From Syntrophales bacterium (lineage in GTDB: Bacteria > Desulfobacterota > Syntrophia > Syntrophales > UBA2210): a DNA stretch of 64,000 bases. The stretch covers positions 1,312,001-1,376,000 of the forward strand of contig CAXXNF010000001.1 of assembly GCA_963666365.2 (NCBI GenBank), read 5' to 3'. Positions within the stretch are counted from its first letter, which is position 1. Every line of letters begins with the position of its first letter. The notes under the pieces are model-generated. The model made no database searches and had not been told where the DNA came from. It worked only from the letters and a program-made list of their open reading frames with translations. The position numbers and the translations under genes were made by a program. Positions 49,361-59,595 of the stretch are shown here, piece by piece.

Positions 49361-49806
49361 GCTGCATGTGCTCCCCTCAGTAGTGAATATTTCTTTCACA
49401 ATACAATATTCCCACACAAAAAGCTAAATTAATTGGGGGGATTTTCTAAGACTTCAACAGCGGCAAAAGAAAAATGAATCGGCGATCCTCTTCCTTTTCT
49501 ATTTGAACGTAAAAAGCGATGATCCCGAGCGTACTCTATTGCGGTTCGACGAAGGAAGCACCTACTCGGGAAAGAATTGATGTTCTCCCTCTAACCGTCG
49601 TTTTGCAGACTATCCGGTCGAAATCGTTTCGTCGCCTCTGCGCACAGTGTATGAAATAAAAATAAACAGGCTAGAATATCTCTTTGACTCTCTGAAAGGC
49701 TCGTAAAGGAACGTGACATGGTTCCCACTAAAAAGTATATGGTAAAAATGACACGCCCCCCTTTAGCGTAAGTCAAGAGCAGACTTGCCCCCTTGTTTTG
49801 GTTTTG

Positions 49807-50436
49807 TTACCTCTTCTCCATGCTTTCTATAATAATCTCTGCGGCAATTCTTGCACCCACCCCGGGAGCGACGGGGCACTTTTCACGGGCGCCAGACTTA
49901 TTAAACGCATCCAGCTCTTCAAGTCCGGCAAAGGGATCATAGGACTTTCCCAGTAAGCATTTCTGAATTTCCGGACATAAAAGGCTGCCCAGAACATTCT
50001 CAAAACGCTTTATGAATTCTCTTGCGGCAATATAATGAGCGGGATTTTCATAATCAGCCAGATTTTTATCTGAAAAGTAGAGGCCCAAGGCTGTCAATCC
50101 ACCTGCAACAGGTCCGCAGATTCCCCCTGTCATGGCAAGACCGGGGAATGGAGACAGTGCTCTTATATTCTCCATGTTACCCAGGCCAAACTCCTCTAGT
50201 AGAGCCAGCGCCGACCCTTTGGCGCAACTGCGAGTAAGATAACAGTACTCTTCACCCCTGTGTTGGACTCGATTCAAGATTTCATCCTTTTGACGCAGTA
50301 TTTCCTGGCTGTTTAAATTTTTTTCAGGAATACCCTTTTCAACAAGATGTTTGAACCGTGCCTCAATAGCGGGCAAATCCCACTCCCGATGAGCTAACTC
50401 TGCAACTCTTTCCTCAAATTGTTGAAAATTTGCCAT
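49807..50436 (-). CDS. C-GCAxxG-C-C family putative redox protein
   Basis: SCAKG, GGICGPVAGG, LLC and KC motifs; AGGAG RBS before MANFQQ. Confidence 0.82.
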   Translation of the reverse strand: MANFQQFEERVAELAHREWDLPAIEARFKHLVEKGIPEKNLNSQEILRQKDEILNRVQHRGEEYCYLTRSCAKGSALALLEEFGLGNMENIRALSPFPGLAMTGGICGPVAGGLTALGLYFSDKNLADYENPAHYIAAREFIKRFENVLGSLLCPEIQKCLLGKSYDPFAGLEELDAFNKSGAREKCPVAPGVGARIAAEIIIESMEKR

Positions 50437-50469
50437 ACGTAACAAGCTCCTCTCCGATTTTTTTGATAT

Positions 50470-50591
50470 GTACCTGTAAAAAGAACATATACTTGCTTGG
50501 CAATCTCTTCGCCGATTCGATAGACCTCGGCCATGGTGGGGCCGTCGTGATGGTTGCGCCCGATGATGACGATTATGGATTGTGGATCCAT
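50470..50591 (-). pseudogene. Possible remnant of a LOG/TIGR00725-family gene
   Basis: IIVIIG...VYRIGEEIAKQVYVLFTG resembles the family N-terminus, then similarity stops. Confidence 0.35.
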
Positions 50592-50755
50592 GCTGGCGGC
50601 CGCCATGGTTAATTTGCAGGTACTATAGCGGATAAAAGTTTAAAAATAAAGTGAGTAACTGCTTGCTCCAGAGCAACTCAATGGAGGGGACTATTTTTAT
50701 GAGCAGTTGATTACTCTTCTGCGGAGCGCGAAGTGCACGGTTGCTATACTGCCCC

Positions 50756-51868
50756 TCACTTCCTCCGAATAAACTGCCTCATTAATTTCCCCGCCGAGGT
50801 GTCCCGGGCGTGGAGCGCACCCTGAGGGCAGATTTCAATGCAGCAGTAGCAGCGGATGCAGCGGTCGTAAGCGAAAGCAAGGGTGTCGCCCTCGCGGGTG
50901 ATGGCGTCTGCGGGGCAGAAATCTACGCATTCTTCGCAAAGGATGCAGGCGTTTTTGTCGACGACGGGGCGCTGCAGGAGGTATTTACGAATCATATGCT
51001 GCAAAGGTTTGGGACCGTAGATGAGCGATGTCTCGCCGGGAAGCTTGAAGTTTTCCACTTTCGGAAGCACCCCGTCAAGGTCGATGCTTTCCGGAATAAG
51101 CCCAAGCTGTCCCGCTGCTCTGGTGCTGGGGAGGCTGTCTGTCTGCATGCCCAGCATGGTGCAGACGGCCATATCCAGAGCAACGGCGCTTTCACTTGCC
51201 AGGATAACGCCGATGTGGCGAGGTTCGCCGCCTTTTCCGGGACCGTCCCCCTCGAGACCTACAATACCGTCGAGAACGGTTGCGGTAGGAGCTACGGTGT
51301 GATGGATCTGGACGAGAAGACGGGCGAACATGTCGCTGTCCACGCCCGCCTTCATGTGCCACTCCACCTTGCGCAAGCCCACAACGCAGCCGAAGGTGTT
51401 TTTCACGCCCAGGGTCAGAAGCATCTGGCTGTGGCTTTTCAGCTTTGGCAGGTTGATGATCAGTGCCGTTTCCAGCGCCTCCCGGGCGATTTCGATCCTT
51501 CCGAAGGGCGCCCCCACATCCACTTCGACGGAGTCGGTGAATTCCTGCAGTTCCACATCGAGGTCCTTCAGGGTTTCCCTGAATCCGCCCGCGTTCATAA
51601 TGCGGCTGAAGGTTCCCATGGCGGGGCTGTCCGACAGGGTAGGCCGAGCGCCTTTTGAGAGGACGTATTCCGCCGCCGCCCGTGCCACAAGTGGGTGGGT
51701 CAGGATCGCCGTCTTCGGTGCCGACGGTGAAAGGAGATTCGGCTTGAGCAGCACCTTGTCACCGGCGCCGATCCGTTTGCCGCAGATGGATTCAAGCATG
51801 AAAAAGATCGTTTCTTTCAGCGATTCATAGTGGTCGTACGAGGCCTCCCGAATAATAACCTGCGCCAC
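50756..51868 (-). CDS. DUF362 domain Fe-S protein with C-terminal 2x[4Fe-4S] ferredoxin
   Basis: VLLKPN, THP, NLPKLKSH, KN, LDG..EGDGP, CILCEEC and CIRCYCC. Confidence 0.9.
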   Translation of the reverse strand: MAQVIIREASYDHYESLKETIFFMLESICGKRIGAGDKVLLKPNLLSPSAPKTAILTHPLVARAAAEYVLSKGARPTLSDSPAMGTFSRIMNAGGFRETLKDLDVELQEFTDSVEVDVGAPFGRIEIAREALETALIINLPKLKSHSQMLLTLGVKNTFGCVVGLRKVEWHMKAGVDSDMFARLLVQIHHTVAPTATVLDGIVGLEGDGPGKGGEPRHIGVILASESAVALDMAVCTMLGMQTDSLPSTRAAGQLGLIPESIDLDGVLPKVENFKLPGETSLIYGPKPLQHMIRKYLLQRPVVDKNACILCEECVDFCPADAITREGDTLAFAYDRCIRCYCCIEICPQGALHARDTSAGKLMRQFIRRK

Positions 51869-52879
51869 TTATATGCCCTTTCTTGCCATGTAATCGGCCA
51901 GGTCGGTGACCCGGCAGGAATAGCCCCACTCATTGTCGTACCAGGTGACCACCTTTGCCATGGTCCCGCCCAGCACCTGGGTAAATTCGATATCTACTAT
52001 CGAGGAATAGGGATTTCCCTTGAAGTCCGATGAGACAAGCATTCCCTCTTCGCAGGCCATGATCCCCTTCAGTCTGCGTTTTGCGCCCCTGCGGAGGGCT
52101 TCCCGCAGTTCTTCGGTGGTGGTTTCCCGTTTCAATTGGGCTACAAAGTCGACAATCGACACGGTAGGTGTGGGGACACGCAGCGAATAGCCGTCAAACA
52201 GGCCCTTCAATTCCGGAATCACCAGCGCCAGCGCCCGGGCCGCCCCCGTGGTGGTGGGGATAATATTTTGTCCCGCCGCCCGCGCCCGGCGCAGGTCGCG
52301 ATGGGGCAGGTCGAGGATGCGCTGGTCGTTGGTGTAGGAGTGCACGGTGGTCATCATGGCCCGTTCAATGCCGAAGGTCTCGTGGACGATGAGCGCCGGC
52401 GGCGCCAGGCAGTTGGTGGTGCAGGAAGCGTTTGACACGATGCGGTGTTTCGTTGGTTTATAGTCCTTATGGTTGACCCCCATTACGACGGTAAGGTCCA
52501 CGTCGGCGGCCGGCGCCGTGATGATCACCTTTTTTGCACCCGCTTCAAGGTGAACCGCCGCTTTGGGACCGGTATTGAAGATTCCCGTGCTTTCAATAAC
52601 GATATCGACCCCCTCGTCGTCCCAGGAGATCGAGGCGGGGTCGCGGTGAGAGAAGTTCTTTACCTCTCGGCCGTCGATGAAAAAATTCCCCTTTTTCAGC
52701 GATATGTCCCCTCGCAGCCGGCCGTAGTTGGTGTCGTATTTGAGAAGATGGGCGTTCGTTTCAGCGTCGAAGAGGTCGTTGATGGCGACAATCTGCATCG
52801 TGTCGGGGTACCGCTCGTGGACGGCCCTGAAGACCTGCCGTCCAATTCTTCCAAAACCGTTGATGCCGAGGCGAATCAT
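51869..52879 (-). CDS. gap: Type I glyceraldehyde-3-phosphate dehydrogenase
   Basis: [20 protein letters not shown] and WYDNEWGYS. Confidence 0.97.
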   Translation of the reverse strand: MIRLGINGFGRIGRQVFRAVHERYPDTMQIVAINDLFDAETNAHLLKYDTNYGRLRGDISLKKGNFFIDGREVKNFSHRDPASISWDDEGVDIVIESTGIFNTGPKAAVHLEAGAKKVIITAPAADVDLTVVMGVNHKDYKPTKHRIVSNASCTTNCLAPPALIVHETFGIERAMMTTVHSYTNDQRILDLPHRDLRRARAAGQNIIPTTTGAARALALVIPELKGLFDGYSLRVPTPTVSIVDFVAQLKRETTTEELREALRRGAKRRLKGIMACEEGMLVSSDFKGNPYSSIVDIEFTQVLGGTMAKVVTWYDNEWGYSCRVTDLADYMARKGI

Positions 52880-52889
52880 GGTGTCCTCC

Positions 52890-53465
52890 TTAATTGTCGT
52901 CAAGACGGTACTTGTGCTCCGTCATGAGGTCGCATTTGATCTTCAGATGTTCGTGGTGCCGGGCGTTGTCCAGGGCGATGGCGCTCAGATTGGCCACGGC
53001 CTCGAGAAACTGCACATCGTGCTCGTCAAACTGACGCACTTCTCCCGCATACACCCGCAGAACCCCGATGGCCTTATCATCGACGATCAGCGGCGCCGCC
53101 AGGACCGATTTAATGCCCTCCGTTCGTGCCTCGCCCCGGTACTGAAAGGCCTCATCGGTCTGGGTGTCCTTTATCCATACTGTTTCTCCTTTGATGATCC
53201 GCCGGTCCAGCTCGCTTTCCGAAAGTTCGATAGGACCCTTATGGAGATAACCTTTGGAAAGACCGTAACTTGCCGCCAGGGTAAGTTTTTCTCCCTTCGA
53301 TTCCAGAAGCCTCAGAATACTTGCCTTGGCGTGCATGGCCTCGGTGACGCATCGAACAATCTCCTGAAGGACCGAGGATGTTTCAAGCGACCGGTTAATC
53401 ACACGCGCCACCTGGTAGAGAGCGTTAAAATACTCCATCAGATCGACAGTTTTTTCTTTTTTCAT
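52890..53465 (-). CDS. Stand-alone GAF domain protein
   Basis: [21 protein letters not shown] and [17 protein letters not shown]. Confidence 0.88.
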   Translation of the reverse strand: MKKEKTVDLMEYFNALYQVARVINRSLETSSVLQEIVRCVTEAMHAKASILRLLESKGEKLTLAASYGLSKGYLHKGPIELSESELDRRIIKGETVWIKDTQTDEAFQYRGEARTEGIKSVLAAPLIVDDKAIGVLRVYAGEVRQFDEHDVQFLEAVANLSAIALDNARHHEHLKIKCDLMTEHKYRLDDN

Positions 53466-53598
53466 GTTGAGTCCTCCTGTTCTATGCAAGAAGGTTGGTT
53501 TCCTTCTGTCGGCAGGCGAGATGCCGACAACAGCATAGCCTACGATCATACCACAACCGGAAGGTGAGGCAATATGTGAAAAAAAGAGAGAGGGTGTA

Positions 53599-53644
53599 AA
53601 AAGTAAGAACAGTAGGAAAAGTAAGAACGTAGGAAAGGTAAGAA
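53599..53644. repeat. Short degenerate tandem repeat AAAAGTAAGAAC(A)GTAGG x about 2.5
   Basis: Units at 53599, 53617 and 53634 in a divergent intergenic region. Confidence 0.6.
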
Positions 53645-53743
53645 AAATAACATCAGATTTAAGGCCATATTATTTTTCGGGGCGGTTGCGATCTTTGCCT
53701 AATTCTGTCATTGTGTGAAATATTCTTTTCGAGGAGGGGTGCA

Positions 53744-54334
53744 ATGAGTGACAGCCTGAGGCGGCAGTTGGATTTTACCGTGGAGATCGACAAGCTGAAG
53801 GGGATTGTGCGTCAGACTCTGCTCACCGACGGGTCTCGTAACGAAAACTCGGCGGAACATTCCTGGCACCTTGCAGTGATGGCGCTTGTTCTTTCCGGCT
53901 ATGCCCGGGAGAAAGATCTCGATTTGCTCCGGGTGATGACAATGGTGCTGATCCACGATATTGTGGAAATCGATGCCGGCGACACCTACTGCTATGATGA
54001 GGAAGCCAGGGAAGGGCAGAACGAGCGAGAGGAAAAAGCCGCGGCCCGTCTCTTCGGATTGCTTCCGCCGGAACAGGGTGAGGAGTTTCTGCATATATGG
54101 CGTGAGTTCGATGCACGCCAGACGCCGGAGGCACGGTTTGCCGCTGCGCTGGACCGTTTGCAGCCCATCATGCACAATTACCTTACCGGCGGGGCCATGT
54201 GGCGGCATCACGGCATAACAAAGGACCAGGTGGTGGAACGGAACAGGCCCATGGAGGAAGGCGCCCCTGAACTCTGGCGCTACGCCTCGGCGCTTATCGA
54301 CGATGCCGTGGAAAAGGGAATGCTGGCGCCTTAG
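53744..54334 (+). CDS. HD domain phosphohydrolase (HDDC2/YfbR-like)
   Basis: ENSAEHSW, HDIVEIDAGD and DRLQP. Confidence 0.9.
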   Translation: MSDSLRRQLDFTVEIDKLKGIVRQTLLTDGSRNENSAEHSWHLAVMALVLSGYAREKDLDLLRVMTMVLIHDIVEIDAGDTYCYDEEAREGQNEREEKAAARLFGLLPPEQGEEFLHIWREFDARQTPEARFAAALDRLQPIMHNYLTGGAMWRHHGITKDQVVERNRPMEEGAPELWRYASALIDDAVEKGMLAP

Positions 54335-54339
54335 AACGG

Positions 54340-55209
54340 TCAAGACATTTTCTGCGCGACTGCTTCGATGAGGATGATCCGCTTTTCGGCGAGGTTGCCC
54401 ATGACGTTGCGGGACATGGTGCGAATGTCCGATCCCATAATCAGGTGAAGCCCCAATGCCGGTTCCCCTTTTGCTTCCCGCTTGTTTGCTTTCAGATTTT
54501 CAAACCATGCCATGCCCAGGTCGGAAGTAGTGCGCCAATGGCTGACGGTAAATCCGGTCCCTTCAAGCATGTGCTTCAATTCATCGGGCGACAGAAGAAA
54601 ATTCATCGACGCATCCTTTGCCCAGGGCAGGGGAAAACGGGGGGGCGATTCCGGGCCTGCGGCTACATCGTACAGCGCGAGACGGCCTTCCGGTTTCAGT
54701 ACACGATACATCTCGGCGTAAAGAGTTTTTTTATCGGCAATATTCATTGCCGTATGTTGTGTCCAGACAATGTCAAAAGAGGCGTCAGAAAAAGGCAGGG
54801 CGAGTGCGTCTCCCTGCGTGAACGTCAGTGTTTCATCCAACCCCACCCTTTGGGCCAGCATGCGTGCCAGTTTGCAGTAGTCCTCCGTCAAGTCGATGCC
54901 GATCACAGGGCATCCGTAGTCCCGGGCGAGACAGCGGGAAGGCCCCCCGATACCGCTTCCCACATCCAGAACCCGCTGGTTCGGCGACGGGTTGAGTATC
55001 GCAGCCAGATCGCGTGTGGCCGCCCTTCCCCGGATGTGAAATTCATCAAGGGGGGCAATGTCTTCCGGTGAGAGCGGCCCTTTCTCTTTTTCCAGTGCCT
55101 CAAGGGCGGCGAGAACGCGTTCTTTGAGACCGGGACTGGAATAGTGTCTGGCAAGATTTTCGTTCGAAACTATTAAATTCTGCACTGGCAGGGTGTCCTC
55201 TTCGATCAT
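54340..55209 (-). CDS. Class I SAM-dependent methyltransferase
   Basis: DEFH, VLDVGSGIGG, GDALALPF and RVLKPEG. Confidence 0.9.
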   Translation of the reverse strand: MIEEDTLPVQNLIVSNENLARHYSSPGLKERVLAALEALEKEKGPLSPEDIAPLDEFHIRGRAATRDLAAILNPSPNQRVLDVGSGIGGPSRCLARDYGCPVIGIDLTEDYCKLARMLAQRVGLDETLTFTQGDALALPFSDASFDIVWTQHTAMNIADKKTLYAEMYRVLKPEGRLALYDVAAGPESPPRFPLPWAKDASMNFLLSPDELKHMLEGTGFTVSHWRTTSDLGMAWFENLKANKREAKGEPALGLHLIMGSDIRTMSRNVMGNLAEKRIILIEAVAQKMS

Positions 55210-55485
55210 GCGGCTGTGAAGAAATATATGAAAGTGAAATTATTTCAAAAAATTAAGCCGTATCAAGCGTAATGGCTTGTCAAGGCGACGAATTGTACTC
55301 GAAGGCACGGCGTTTTTCAAGCTCTCTGAGATATCTTATTCGGCCAACATTTCATGCTGAACGATCTTTTTAATTTCTTATGATACCGTCATTATTTGAC
55401 AAGATTCACAAGATGGCCTATGAAGAGATGTCAAAAGGCGGATACAGCCTTTCCTGAATGAAAAAAAGACGAGGGAGACCGAGGA

Positions 55486-56628
55486 ATGACACCCGCAAGT
55501 GAACGAATCGATAACCTCTATGCCCGCAGAGATGTTCGGGCCAGGGAGCTGCGAAAATCGGGAGAGAAGATTGTCGGGTACTTTTGCTGCTTTGTGCCCG
55601 AAGAGATTATTGATGCTCTCGGCATGGTTCCTTACCGTATTCAGGGAAGCCAGCGCGATTCAATAGATCAGGCCGACGCCTTTATAGAACCGATGGCCTG
55701 CCCCTTTGCCAGAAGCTGTTTCAATAAGGCGCTCAAGGGCGAATACAGCTTTCTCGAGGGTTTCGTGGCCCCCCACAGTTGCGATACGATTGAGCGCATG
55801 TATCACATCTGGCGCCATAATACGCCTTCTTCGTTCAATCACCTCATAAATGTACCTCATATGATGGGGCCAAGCTCGACGGCATTTTACCGGAACGAAC
55901 TGGCCTATTTTATAAAATGTCTTGAAGAATGGTCGGGCCGGACACTCGATCCCGAAAGGCTGAAGGAGGCGGTCAAACTGTATAACAGGCGACGCGCGGT
56001 CCTTCGAACACTGTATGAATTGCGAAAATACGATCCGCCCCTGATATCGGGCACGGAAATCACCAAAGTGCTCGTGGCGGGCATGGGTATTCCGGCAGCG
56101 GAGCATATCGAACTGGTGGAAGCATTCATCGATGAAGTGAAAAACCGTCCCGCACTTGCAACGGACGGTATTCCCCGCATCTTCATCTGGGGGAACGAAA
56201 TCGACGATACGGCCTTCATCACACTCGTAGAGGAAAGCGGCGCCCATGTGGTTATGGACGATCTTTGTACCGGAAGCCGCTTTTTCTGGGACGATGTGCC
56301 GGAAACAGCCGATCCCTTGGACGGGATTGCCGAGCGGTATCTCGCGGTCCATTGTCCCCGCAGCTACACCCCCCAGGCGGGAGCCCGGAAGGCGGACCTG
56401 AACAACCGCTACGGCTTCATAGGCCGGTTTATTGAAGAATGGAACGCAGACGGCGCCATTTTCTATATCGTCCGCTACTGCGATACCTGCGAGCTTGAAG
56501 GACCTGACCTTCGCGAGTACCTGAACGACAGAGGGGTCCCGTCACTCATGATCGAAGATGATTATTCCATATCGACCATCGGCCAGTTGCGTACCCGGGT
56601 CCAGGCGTTCCTGGAAATGATTGTGTGA
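55486..56628 (+). CDS. 2-hydroxyacyl-CoA dehydratase / class I benzoyl-CoA reductase subunit (HgdB/BcrC/BzdN-like)
   Basis: GYFCCFVPEE, CPFARSC, HSCD, DDLCTG, YCD and RTRVQAFLE. Confidence 0.88.
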   Translation: MTPASERIDNLYARRDVRARELRKSGEKIVGYFCCFVPEEIIDALGMVPYRIQGSQRDSIDQADAFIEPMACPFARSCFNKALKGEYSFLEGFVAPHSCDTIERMYHIWRHNTPSSFNHLINVPHMMGPSSTAFYRNELAYFIKCLEEWSGRTLDPERLKEAVKLYNRRRAVLRTLYELRKYDPPLISGTEITKVLVAGMGIPAAEHIELVEAFIDEVKNRPALATDGIPRIFIWGNEIDDTAFITLVEESGAHVVMDDLCTGSRFFWDDVPETADPLDGIAERYLAVHCPRSYTPQAGARKADLNNRYGFIGRFIEEWNADGAIFYIVRYCDTCELEGPDLREYLNDRGVPSLMIEDDYSISTIGQLRTRVQAFLEMIV

Positions 56629-56642
56629 GAGGGGGAACAAGC

Positions 56643-57947
56643 ATGCAGGAAAATGAACAGAAAAAAACGACGGCAGTAAAAGGCACTGAAACGGCCCGCA
56701 AGATCCGGGGGCTCGTAAAAAATATTTATAAAAGTGCCCACGAGGCAAAAGCCGAGGGGAAGAAGGTGGCCTATTTCATGGTCTCCTCCCACTATGATGA
56801 AATCGTGCGCGCCATGGACATCGTTCCCCTTCCCACGGAAAACTATGCGGGGCTCTGCGCCGCCAAGCGGGATATGGACCGCTTTCTCCTGCAGGCGGAA
56901 GCTGACGGCTATTCGCAGGTGCTCTGCAGCTATGCCCGCATCGGTCTGGGATTCGACAGCATGCGCAAGGAATTGGGCGGCATCCCTGAAAACGCCCCTG
57001 ACGGCGGCATGCCTCTTCCCGACATGATGCTGGGAAGCAGCGCCGTCTGTGATCCGCGCTTCAAATGGTACCAGGCGGCGGGACGCTATTTCGATGTGCC
57101 CACCTACGGGATGGACGTGGTGGCGCCCCCGGTCTATTCGGATTTGAGGGCAGTCCGCGATTACTACATCAGATACCAGAAGGAGCAGATGCGGGGGCTC
57201 ATCGAATTCCTGGAGAGGCAGACGGGGAAAAAGATGGACAAGGAGCGCCTCTGGGAAACAATTCGACTCGGTGACGAAGCCTGGCGGCTCTGGTATGAGA
57301 TCGACCGGCTGCGTGTGGCCGTTCCCTGCCCGATGCCGGCCCAGGACCACTTCAGTATCATGGTGGCAGGACACTACTACTCGGGCACACAGACGGCGGT
57401 GGACTTCTACCAGGAGCTCTACGACGAAGTGAAGCACAAAGTGGAACAGGGAGTCGGCGTCATTCCAGAAGAAAAATACCGGGTATTGTACGGCGGCGGG
57501 CTCCCCCCCTGGCACACGCTCTGGATATTCAATTATTTTGAAAGTTTCGGCGCCGTATTCGTGATAGAAAATGTTTACCGGGGCTTCGATCCCGTGGAAG
57601 TGCCCAACCACGTGAAAGATCCAATCGACTATCTGGCCTGGAGAACCTTTCTCCGCTACACGCAGCGTCACGAGAAGGCCAGGGCCAATAGCGGCAATCC
57701 CGTGGTGGAAAAGCTTCTGGAGATCATTGACGATTATAAGATCGACGGAGTGGTGTTTCACGCCTGCCGTTCCTGCAGGGCCACGACGGTAGGGCAAGTG
57801 CATATGAAAAATGTTTTAGGAACCTATTCCGATATTCCCATGATGCAGCTCGTCTCCGACATGGTGGATCTCCGGGACTATTCCGAGGCGCAGTGGAAGG
57901 CGCAGATAGGTGCCTTTATTGACGCCCTCGCTTCACGTGCGGATTAA
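56643..57947 (+). CDS. 2-hydroxyacyl-CoA dehydratase / class I benzoyl-CoA reductase subunit (HgdA/BcrB/BzdO-like)
   Basis: LCSYAR, GGMPLPD, VCDPRFKWY and CRSCR. Confidence 0.88.
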   Translation: MQENEQKKTTAVKGTETARKIRGLVKNIYKSAHEAKAEGKKVAYFMVSSHYDEIVRAMDIVPLPTENYAGLCAAKRDMDRFLLQAEADGYSQVLCSYARIGLGFDSMRKELGGIPENAPDGGMPLPDMMLGSSAVCDPRFKWYQAAGRYFDVPTYGMDVVAPPVYSDLRAVRDYYIRYQKEQMRGLIEFLERQTGKKMDKERLWETIRLGDEAWRLWYEIDRLRVAVPCPMPAQDHFSIMVAGHYYSGTQTAVDFYQELYDEVKHKVEQGVGVIPEEKYRVLYGGGLPPWHTLWIFNYFESFGAVFVIENVYRGFDPVEVPNHVKDPIDYLAWRTFLRYTQRHEKARANSGNPVVEKLLEIIDDYKIDGVVFHACRSCRATTVGQVHMKNVLGTYSDIPMMQLVSDMVDLRDYSEAQWKAQIGAFIDALASRAD

Positions 57948-57967
57948 AGCAGAGGACAGGATTCGCG

Positions 57968-58798
57968 ATGATTTTTGCAGGTATCGATATAGGATCCACC
58001 ATGACCAAGGTGGTGATTGTCGACGGGGAAGAGGCACTTCTGGCTTCGGTGGTCGGTCCCACCGGACCGGAGCATCGCCATTTGGCGCACCAGGTAATGC
58101 GCCAGGCCATGGGCGAGGCCAGCCATACCATAGAAGAGCTCGATTTCATCGTTGCCACAGGCTACGGCCGGATCAACGTCCCTTTTGCGGACAAGCAGAT
58201 TACGGAGATCACCTGCCATGCCCGGGGCATCCGTGCCCTGTTCCCGGAAGCGCGCATCGTCATTGACATCGGCGGTCAGGATTCAAAAGGAATTAAACTA
58301 AATGGGACCGGGAAGGTGGCAAATTTCGTCATGAACGACAAATGCGCCGCCGGCACGGGCCGTTTTCTGGAAGTGATCGCCGAAACGCTGGGCATCAGGC
58401 TGGAAGAGATGGGGCCCTTGTCCTGTGAAACTGACCGCTATGTCAAGATATCAAATACCTGCACAGTGTTTGCCGAACATGAGGTCACGTCGCATCTGGC
58501 GCAGGGGGCCTCTGTGCCGGAAATCGTCGCCGGGCTTCATGAGGCGATTGCCGGCCGGGTGGTCAACATGGTGCGCCATCTGGGTATTGAAAGGGATGTG
58601 GTGGTGACCGGCGGCGGAGCGAAAGACCGGGGTCTGGTGAAGGCCATCGAGGAAAAGGTCGGTTTTCCCGTCCTCATTCCGGACGATCCCTTTTTGACGG
58701 GCGCACTCGGTGCGGCGCTGATGGGAAGAGATTTGATCGCCAGAGGCATTACGCCTGACCATGCAAGAAAACTGGAGAGGGTGACGTTCTTCGGATGA
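57968..58798 (+). CDS. CoA-substrate enzyme activase (ASKHA ATPase; HgdC/BcrA/BzdQ-like)
   Basis: GIDIGS, TGYGR, DIGGQD, MNDKCAAGTG and CTVFAE. Confidence 0.92.
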   Translation: MIFAGIDIGSTMTKVVIVDGEEALLASVVGPTGPEHRHLAHQVMRQAMGEASHTIEELDFIVATGYGRINVPFADKQITEITCHARGIRALFPEARIVIDIGGQDSKGIKLNGTGKVANFVMNDKCAAGTGRFLEVIAETLGIRLEEMGPLSCETDRYVKISNTCTVFAEHEVTSHLAQGASVPEIVAGLHEAIAGRVVNMVRHLGIERDVVVTGGGAKDRGLVKAIEEKVGFPVLIPDDPFLTGALGAALMGRDLIARGITPDHARKLERVTFFG

Positions 58799-59592
58799 AC
58801 AATGGTGTAAAATACTATGCGGGTCTGGATATCGGATCCGTATCGACCAAGGCCGTCCTGATCGCCGATGGCTGTGTAAAGGCGGCCGAACTCATGCCTT
58901 CCGGTGGAAATTATCGGGATTCGGCGCAAAAGGTCATAGAAAGTGTCCTTTCCAAGAGTGGAATCGACGGGATAGCACACCTGTCAGGTATCGGTAAAAC
59001 GGGCCTGGGCGCCGAAGGCTCGACAATTGATGGGAAGGTCTTTTCCGATATTTCCTGCCAGGCCATGGGCTGCTATTTGATGTTTCCAGGGGCAAAGACA
59101 GTGATCGACATCGGCGGTCAGTTTACCAAGGCGGCGAGGATCACTCCCCGGGGCGCCGTTTCGGACTTTCTTTTGAGTGAGAAATGCGCCACCGGTTCGG
59201 GCCGCTTCCTGCAAATAATCTCCCGTATTCTCCACATTCCCCTTGATGACGTCGGACCGTTGTCGCTGACCGCGGAGTCTCCTGTTGAGTTTTCCACCAA
59301 CTGTGCGGTCTTTGCCGAATCGGAAACGATCTCAAGAATCGCCGAAGGGGCCAAGGCCGCGGACATCCTGGCCGGCGTACATCGATCCATGGCCTCGAAA
59401 GTGGCGATGCTGGTACGACGCTTGAAAATGGAACCCGACGTTGTGCTTACCGGGGGCGGCGGAGAAGACGAAGGCTTGGTGCAGGCAATAGGTGAAACGC
59501 TGGGTCTTCCTATCCGCGTACCGGAGCACCCCCGCTTCACCGCAGCCTACGGCGCCGCCTGTCTGGCGGAGAAACACGGTGTGGTAGTGTAA
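58795..59592 (+). CDS. Second CoA-substrate enzyme activase (BcrD/BzdP-like)
   Basis: GLDIGS, DIGGQF, EKCATGSG and CAVFAESE; ATGA overlap with the upstream activase. Confidence 0.9.
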   Translation: MNNGVKYYAGLDIGSVSTKAVLIADGCVKAAELMPSGGNYRDSAQKVIESVLSKSGIDGIAHLSGIGKTGLGAEGSTIDGKVFSDISCQAMGCYLMFPGAKTVIDIGGQFTKAARITPRGAVSDFLLSEKCATGSGRFLQIISRILHIPLDDVGPLSLTAESPVEFSTNCAVFAESETISRIAEGAKAADILAGVHRSMASKVAMLVRRLKMEPDVVLTGGGGEDEGLVQAIGETLGLPIRVPEHPRFTAAYGAACLAEKHGVVV

Positions 59593-59595
59593 CGA

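Noticed and set aside
49223..49432. Plus-strand Phe/Leu-rich 69-aa ORF as a membrane peptide
   Set aside because: It is the antisense shadow of the Lys-rich small ORF, which has the RBS.
49523..49571. TCCCGAG...CTCGGGA stem as a riboswitch upstream of the small ORF and TMEM175
   Set aside because: Only a 7 bp closing stem, with no recognisable c-di-AMP, c-di-GMP or other aptamer consensus.
49807..50436. C-GCAxxG-C-C protein as a second selenoprotein
   Set aside because: All motif positions are Cys codons and there is no in-frame TGA.
53599..53644. Tandem repeat as a CRISPR array
   Set aside because: Units are short and abutting with no spacers, and there are no cas genes.
56562..57803. Long antisense ORFs (also 25033-25971, 50810-51658, 1985-2650 and others)
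   Set aside because: They fully overlap well-supported genes on the opposite strand and show no recognisable motifs.
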